Of a stretch of DNA of 32,864 nucleotides, positions 25,294 through 32,864 are shown piece by piece. Below the pieces are notes generated by a model. The model saw only the letters and a program-made list of their open reading frames with translations. It was not told the origin of the DNA and did no database searches. Numbering within the stretch: the first letter of the stretch is position 1; each line of letters opens with the position of its first letter. Source of the stretch: Actinomycetota bacterium (GTDB lineage Bacteria > Actinomycetota > Acidimicrobiia > Acidimicrobiales > Ilumatobacteraceae); contig RFNE01000201.1 of the NCBI GenBank assembly GCA_009927375.1, forward strand, positions 1-32,864, in the 5' to 3' direction. The translations under genes were made by a program, and so were the position numbers.

Positions 25294-25878
25294 ATGCCTC
25301 GACAGAAATTTGATGCGTCGTACTACCGCAGGTTCTACTCCTCCACTCCAGTTCACAGTCGCAAGAAGGTTGAAGAGCTCGCCACGGCCGTCCATGCGAT
25401 GTGCTCATGGTGGGACGTCCCGGTGAAGTCGGTGCTCGACGTGGGTGCAGGTCTCGGCTACTGGCGCGACTGGTACGCAAAGACCCATCCGCGCGTGAAG
25501 CGCTTGTCAGTCGACATCAGTGCACACGCGTGCGAGAAATACGGTCATGAGCGCCACGACATCGCCGAGTGGTGCCCGCGAACCAGTTTCGACCTCGTCG
25601 TCTGCCACGGAGTTCTCCAGTACCTCACTTCTTCACAGGCCGAGCGTGCGATCACAAATCTCGCCACAGCAACTCGCCACGTGCTGTATCTCGAGGTGCC
25701 GACAACGGACGACATCGAACACTCGATCGATGCCAAGTCAACCGATCTCGACATCCATGCGCGATCAGGAGCGTGGTACCGCAAGCAGCTGTTGCGGCAC
25801 TTTGACCAAGCCGGTGCCGGCCTGTGGGTGAAGCGCGACGGTGATGTCGTGCTGTACGAACTCGAACGCTCGCGCTAG
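25294..25878 (+). CDS. Class I SAM-dependent methyltransferase
   Basis: Motif I VLDVGAGLGYW and post-I/II DLVVCHGVLQYL. Substrate unknown. Confidence 0.72.
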   Translation: MPRQKFDASYYRRFYSSTPVHSRKKVEELATAVHAMCSWWDVPVKSVLDVGAGLGYWRDWYAKTHPRVKRLSVDISAHACEKYGHERHDIAEWCPRTSFDLVVCHGVLQYLTSSQAERAITNLATATRHVLYLEVPTTDDIEHSIDAKSTDLDIHARSGAWYRKQLLRHFDQAGAGLWVKRDGDVVLYELERSR

Positions 25879-26543
25879 GCGCGACGACCGTTCAATGCAG
25901 CCCACACCGTGCTGGTGCAGCCCGCTGCCACCAAGGCCTTGAGCACGTCTCCAACGAGGAATGGAGCAACGCCGAGGCTGATCGCATTCTGCTCACCATT
26001 GGCGACAGGAATCCCGAGGTGATACGCAAGCCACGTCGCACCGCAGGCGTAGATGATCGTCGAACCGAGCAACATCGCCGGCAGTGACGAAACGAACGAA
26101 CGGTCATGCTTGCGCTCGGCGAGGTAGCCAATCGCACCTGCCGCAAAAATAAATCCGACGAGATACCCCATCGTTGCGCCGGTTCCCTTCTCCCATCCGC
26201 CCGCACCGCCGGAGTAGAACGGCAAACCGACGAGTCCCATCGCCCAGTAGGCGCCCTGGCTCAACGCGCCGCGGCGAGCACCAAGAACCGCACCGGACAA
26301 CAGCACCGCAAAGGTCTGTCCCGTGAGCGGAACTGGCGTGAATCCAAGTGGAATCTCGATTTGTGCGGCAAGCGCAGTGAGAAGTGCGAAGCCGATCACG
26401 AGGAGAGCATCCTGGGTGAACGTTTGCGCACGTGAAGCGCGTCGTGGGGCGTAGTCGGCGAGAACTCGAATGTCTGCTGCAATCATGAGACCAACGCTAC
26501 CCAACGAGGTCGTGCTCCGACCAGTTACCAGACCACCAACCAC
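25875..26543 (-). CDS. bioY: Biotin transporter BioY (ECF S-component)
   Basis: IEIPLGFTPVPLTGQTFAVLLSGAVLG...GYLVGFIFAA...PFLVGDVLKA is the typical BioY signature. Start uncertain: GTG 26543 or ATG 26486. Confidence 0.83.
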   Translation of the reverse strand: MVGGLVTGRSTTSLGSVGLMIAADIRVLADYAPRRASRAQTFTQDALLVIGFALLTALAAQIEIPLGFTPVPLTGQTFAVLLSGAVLGARRGALSQGAYWAMGLVGLPFYSGGAGGWEKGTGATMGYLVGFIFAAGAIGYLAERKHDRSFVSSLPAMLLGSTIIYACGATWLAYHLGIPVANGEQNAISLGVAPFLVGDVLKALVAAGCTSTVWAALNGRRA

Positions 26544-26567
26544 GGCGTGACGGATAGTGTGAGACTC

Positions 26568-26966
26568 ATGGCGACGCCGAAGATCGACTGGGACGCTTTG
26601 CGCTCAGCGGCGCGAGAGGCCCAGAGTCATGCCTACGCCCCGTACTCGAACTTTCGCGTTGGCGCGGCAGCGTTGGTTGACGACGGTCGCATCATCGCTG
26701 GTTGCAACGTCGAGAATGCTTCGTACGGAATGACGTTGTGCGCCGAGTGCGCGATGATCGGTGCGCTGCACATGGGTGGCGGTGGTCGACTCGTCGCGGT
26801 GGTCTGCTTCGGCAACGACAACGCGGTCACACCTTGCGGTCGATGCAGGCAGCTGTTGTGGGAACACGGTGGTCCGAATCTCCTCCTCGAAGTGAACGGT
26901 GAACCACGACCGATGAGCGAGATGCTTCCCGTTGCGTTCCCCGAACATTCAGTTTTTGAAAACTGA
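26568..26966 (+). CDS. cdd: Cytidine deaminase (homotetrameric type)
   Basis: AYAPYSNFRVGAAAL...GCNVENASYGMTLCAECA...PCGRCRQ (zinc ligands). ATG 26568 gives a 132-aa product aligned with known short Cdd proteins. The longest ORF starts at GTG 26547. Confidence 0.9.
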   Translation: MATPKIDWDALRSAAREAQSHAYAPYSNFRVGAAALVDDGRIIAGCNVENASYGMTLCAECAMIGALHMGGGGRLVAVVCFGNDNAVTPCGRCRQLLWEHGGPNLLLEVNGEPRPMSEMLPVAFPEHSVFEN

Positions 26967-26968
26967 CG

Positions 26969-27832
26969 ATGTCCACCGTCACTGACGTCCTGAGTCCTGA
27001 TCAAGTGGAACAATTCCACGAGCAAGGATTCCTCGTCTTGGAGAACTTTGCTTCGGCTGACTCCTGTCTACGCCTTCGAAACCGAGCGATGGAACTTGCG
27101 GAACGTCACGTCCCCAGTCCACAAGAAGCGACGATCTTCACCGCCGACGCCGAGGCACGACATGCAGCCGACAAGTACTTCCTCGAAAGCGGTGACAAGA
27201 TTCGGTGCTTCTTCGAAAAGGATGCGTTTGACAACAACGGTGTCTTGAAATCAGACGCCCATCTGAGTCTGAACAAGCTCGGTCACGCAATGCACGATCT
27301 CGACCCAGTGTTCGACGAATTCAGCCGCACTCCGAAGTTGGCGGCCGTCGCCAGACAGATCGGCATGTCGGATCCCAAGTTGTTGCAGTCGATGTACATC
27401 TTCAAACAGCCACGCATCGGCGGCGAGGTGAATTGCCACACCGATCACACCTTCTTGTGGACCGAGCCACAGACTGTCATTGGATTCTGGTTTGCCATTG
27501 ACGACGCCACGACGGAGAACGGCTGTATGTGGGCTCTCCCAGGTGGTCACCGCATCCCGGTCAAATCACGTTCGCGGCTCAACGATGCGAGAACGGCAAC
27601 GGTGACTGACGTCTACGACGCTTCGCCCTATCCAACCGACGGTCTCGTGCCCCTCGAGGCACCACGCGGCACGCTCGTGTTGTTGCACGGAACGTTGCCT
27701 CACCTGTCAGGACCAAATACGAGCGACAAACCACGCCACGCCTACACGATTCACGCAATTGATGCGACTGCAAAGTATCCCGAAGACAATTGGTTGCAGC
27801 GACCAAACCTCGCGATGCGAGGCTTCAACTAA
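26969..27832 (+). CDS. Phytanoyl-CoA dioxygenase (PhyH) family Fe(II)/2-oxoglutarate oxygenase
   Basis: QVEQFHEQGFLVLENF N-terminus, HTDH (HxD iron ligands), distal HGTLPH. Confidence 0.8.
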   Translation: MSTVTDVLSPDQVEQFHEQGFLVLENFASADSCLRLRNRAMELAERHVPSPQEATIFTADAEARHAADKYFLESGDKIRCFFEKDAFDNNGVLKSDAHLSLNKLGHAMHDLDPVFDEFSRTPKLAAVARQIGMSDPKLLQSMYIFKQPRIGGEVNCHTDHTFLWTEPQTVIGFWFAIDDATTENGCMWALPGGHRIPVKSRSRLNDARTATVTDVYDASPYPTDGLVPLEAPRGTLVLLHGTLPHLSGPNTSDKPRHAYTIHAIDATAKYPEDNWLQRPNLAMRGFN

Positions 27833-27837
27833 CTCGC

Positions 27838-29866
<2,029 letters not shown>

Positions 29867-29870
<4 letters not shown>

Positions 29871-30733
29871 TTGGACACCTTTGCAACCAGCCACCAATGG
29901 CTCCGATTCGTCCGCTTGAGAATTCCGACGGTCACGCCGGCATGTCGCACGGATCGTTGACGACGGTGAGAATGCAGGATTCTGACGTCGGTGAGGTATC
30001 TCAGTTCACCCCGCTGACTCAAGTGGTCGAGAACTTCGTCCGGAGACAATCGGTTCGCCTGCCACCCGAATCTCGTGGCCCATCGTTTGGTGGACAGTTG
30101 TTTGCCTACCAAGGGCAGTCGCCACAGCAAGCGAACGAGCACACCGAGCGGAATAAGAACGACATCGAGGGGCACCCAGGTTCGGTAATTGAGCATGATC
30201 ACCCCACCACTTCTTGTGACTCGAATCGCCTCGGATGTCAGCGCGAGGGCATCGTCATGCTGGCAATGCTGCAGCACGATGTAGGAAAACACCTGGTCGA
30301 CACTGTCGGTCGAAACGGCAAGCGTTCGGCCATCGGCAACGTGCACGGTAGACAGGCGTTCAGGTCGTCCATGGAGCGCAATCGTTTGATGGCAACGCTC
30401 GAGGAATGCGGCATCCACATCCGTCGCGATCACCCGCGCACAGAGGTTCGTGAAGGCAGCTGTCATACGACCAATTCCACTTCCGATCTCAAGGAGCGTT
30501 GACGTTGCGAGTCGGTCAGTCGACAAGCCAAAGTGCCTCATGAACCGGCGCACTTCTTCGTCGCCCGTTCTCACGAAATCCGCAAGTGTCAGACTCTTCC
30601 CGGTTTCGTTGTTGAACACCCATCCAGTCTCACGGACGACGTCATCGGCAGTTCCACCACCCTCGGTCTTCGTGCCGGCCGCGCGCCACGGAGTGAACTG
30701 CGTGCGCCAGTTCTTCGGTGACTGCGACGACAT
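29867..30733 (-). CDS. Class I SAM-dependent methyltransferase with a hydrophobic C-terminal segment
   Basis: Motif I LLEIGSGIGRMT, VFSYIVLQH, and a hydrophobic stretch VVLIPLGVLVRLLW. Substrate unknown. Confidence 0.7.
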
Positions 30734-30746
30734 GCTGTGGAGGGAT

Positions 30747-32012
30747 CTACTTGCGCTCAGGCAGCGGGGCCGAATAGTCCGCGCCGCTGTCCAAGTCGAA
30801 CGCAGTGTGCAGTGCCTTAACCGCCGTGTTCAACTTCGACTTCTCGACGACCACCGAGATTCGAATCGTGCTCGTCGAAATCATCTCGATGTTCACATCG
30901 TTGTCAGCAAGAACCCTGAACATCTTTGCCGCGATACCTGGACTCGACTTCATACCAGCTCCAACAAGAGAAAGTTTGACGATGTTCGCATCCTGATTGA
31001 TGCCCTTGGCGCCGACTTCGGAGCTGACCTTGCGAAGGATTGGTTCGGCGGTTTGGATATCACCCATGGGAAGCGTGAAGGAAATGTCGGTCGTGCCGTC
31101 GATCGAGGTGTTCTGCACGATCATGTCGACGTTCACATTCGCCTGTGCAAGTGACTCAAAGAGAAGGGCCGACACACCTGGACGGTCAGGCACCCCAAGA
31201 AGCGTCATCTTTGCCTCGCCCACGTCGTGGACGACACCCGAAATGATTGGTTCTTCCATGGCTCGTACATTCCTCTCGTCATGTTCATCGACGACCCACG
31301 TTCCTTCTTCCCAGGTGAAGCTGGAACGAACGTGAATCGGCACGTTGTGATTCCTTGCAAACTCGACTGAGCGCAGTGCGAGCACTTTGCTGCCCGCTCC
31401 GGCCATCTCCAACATCTCATCGAAACTCAATGTCTTCAACTTGCGCGCCTGCGGTACAACACGTGGATCCGCGCTGAAGACGCCGGTGACATCGGTGTAG
31501 ATCTCGCACACGTCTGCATCCAACGCAGCAGCAAGCGCTACCGCCGTCGTGTCACTTCCACCGCGACCGAGTGTCGTGATCTCCCGCGCGGTGCTGACAC
31601 CCTGGAAACCTGCGACGACCGCAACCTTCCCGAGACCGACCGCCTCGCGGACTCGATCACCCTTGATCTCGAGGATCTTGGCCTTGGTGTGCGTCGTATC
31701 GGTAATGATCCCGACCTGGCTTCCAGTGAAGCTCATTGCATCGCACCCCATGTCAAGGAGGGCCATACAGAGCAACGCGCTCGAAATTCGTTCACCGGTC
31801 GTGAGCAACATATCCATCTCGCGCCCGTGGGGATTGTTCGACACCTGACGGGCAAGTTCGACCAGATTGTCCGTGGCCTTGCCCATTGCAGAAACGACGG
31901 CGACGACACTGTGACCTTGCTCACGCGTTGCAACGATATGGCGGGCGACGTTGCGCATCCGATCCGGGTCAGCAACTGATGTGCCCCCGTATTTCTGAAC
32001 GATCAATCCCAC
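30747..32012 (-). CDS. lysC: Aspartate kinase
   Basis: [35 protein letters not shown] and two C-terminal ACT domains. GTG start at 32012. Confidence 0.93.
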   Translation of the reverse strand: MGLIVQKYGGTSVADPDRMRNVARHIVATREQGHSVVAVVSAMGKATDNLVELARQVSNNPHGREMDMLLTTGERISSALLCMALLDMGCDAMSFTGSQVGIITDTTHTKAKILEIKGDRVREAVGLGKVAVVAGFQGVSTAREITTLGRGGSDTTAVALAAALDADVCEIYTDVTGVFSADPRVVPQARKLKTLSFDEMLEMAGAGSKVLALRSVEFARNHNVPIHVRSSFTWEEGTWVVDEHDERNVRAMEEPIISGVVHDVGEAKMTLLGVPDRPGVSALLFESLAQANVNVDMIVQNTSIDGTTDISFTLPMGDIQTAEPILRKVSSEVGAKGINQDANIVKLSLVGAGMKSSPGIAAKMFRVLADNDVNIEMISTSTIRISVVVEKSKLNTAVKALHTAFDLDSGADYSAPLPERK

Positions 32013-32062
32013 AGGTGTTTCAGACTAGTAGTGCACCGACAGACGGATAGTCTTCATATTTC

Positions 32063-32864
32063 ATGGGCACGAACAAGCGCGCACGCAAGAAGGAAAATCG
32101 TAAGCAACGACTCGACCAGTTGGCTCGGCAATCCCAGCGTCGGCGTCAGCGCACAGTAGGAGTCCGAATCGCAATCGTCCTTGCCATCATCGTTGGCATC
32201 GCCGGAATCTTCAGCGTTTCCGGAAGCAATGAGTCTGCGACGAGCGACACGACCGCCGCAAGTTCACCGACCACAGCTGCAGTGACCGGCGAAACCATCA
32301 CTGGTGAGACTCCGTGCCCAGCAAAGGACGGAAGCGCAAACCGCGTTGCTCAATTCGAACAAGCGCCGCCCACGTGTATCGAAGACGGAGTGACGTATAC
32401 CGCCATCGTCACGACGAACAAAGGCGAATTCTCGATCGTGCTCGACCAGACAGCAGCTCCTCTCGCTGTCAATAATTTCGTGGTTCTCGCGCGCTACAAG
32501 TACTTCGACAACACGAACTGTCATCGTGCGATCGTCAACTTCGTGGTGCAGTGTGGTGACCCGACCGCAACCGGTTCGGGTGGGCCCGGTTACCAGTTTG
32601 CAGATGAACTTCCCGCGGCAGGCTCGTACAAGGTCGGCTCGATTGCAATGGCCAATTCCGGACCAAACACGAATGGAAGTCAATTCTTCGTCATCACTGG
32701 AAGCGACGGTGCAAGCCTTCCACCGAACTACACCCTCTTCGGTCAAGTGACGGAAGGTCTCGATTCGACAGTCCCCGCGCTGAATTCAGCCGGAAATCCT
32801 GACCCGGCGGCGAACGGCGTCCCGCCGATCGAACCGCTGGTGATCAACACGGTCGTCATCATCG
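32063..32864 (+). CDS. Membrane-anchored cyclophilin-type peptidyl-prolyl cis-trans isomerase; 3' end cut by window edge
   Basis: Not in the ORF track because it runs off the window edge. Manual translation: MGTNKRARKKENRKQRLDQLARQ..., a TM helix IAIVLAIIVGIAGIF, then CHRAIVNFVVQCGDPTATGSGGPGYQFADE and MANSGPNTNGSQFFV. Confidence 0.88.
   Translation, partial: MGTNKRARKKENRKQRLDQLARQSQRRRQRTVGVRIAIVLAIIVGIAGIFSVSGSNESATSDTTAASSPTTAAVTGETITGETPCPAKDGSANRVAQFEQAPPTCIEDGVTYTAIVTTNKGEFSIVLDQTAAPLAVNNFVVLARYKYFDNTNCHRAIVNFVVQCGDPTATGSGGPGYQFADELPAAGSYKVGSIAMANSGPNTNGSQFFVITGSDGASLPPNYTLFGQVTEGLDSTVPALNSAGNPDPAANGVPPIEPLVINTVVII

Overview
GC-rich chromosomal segment that looks Actinomycetota-like, judged by gene content and protein motifs only; no database search was possible. 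It is extremely compact: about 98% coding, with most gene junctions being ATGA, GTGA or TAATG overlaps. I call 34 protein-coding loci, 3 of which are frame-disrupted. I could not find any rRNA, tRNA, CRISPR array, transposase, integrase or phage gene. Housekeeping content: cysS, valS, ung, cdd, asd, ask(lysC), aguA/aguB, bioY, plsY and a cyclophilin PPIase, plus an LCP ligase, MFS transporter, Cys-type sulfatase, PhyH dioxygenase and two SAM methyltransferases. The centrepiece is a mycofactocin (mft) RiPP redox-cofactor locus at 12785-17656. It includes a 46-codon mftA precursor that is absent from the supplied ORF track. The operon is non-canonical, mftA-mftB-mftC-plsY-dedA-mftE-mftF: mftD is absent from the window, and two membrane/lipid genes are translationally coupled into the slot where mftD normally sits. 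Divergent from mftA is a coupled Zn-alcohol dehydrogenase / MoxR AAA+ ATPase / VWA operon (12668 down to 9708). The MoxR-VWA junction carries a candidate -1 frameshift signal: heptamer G_GGA_AAA followed by a 7-bp all-GC hairpin. This would yield a ChlD/BchD-like AAA-linker-VWA fusion. Other oddities are three frame-disrupted genes with five shifts in total, and a HAL/PAL-family protein lacking the Ala-Ser-Gly MIO triad.
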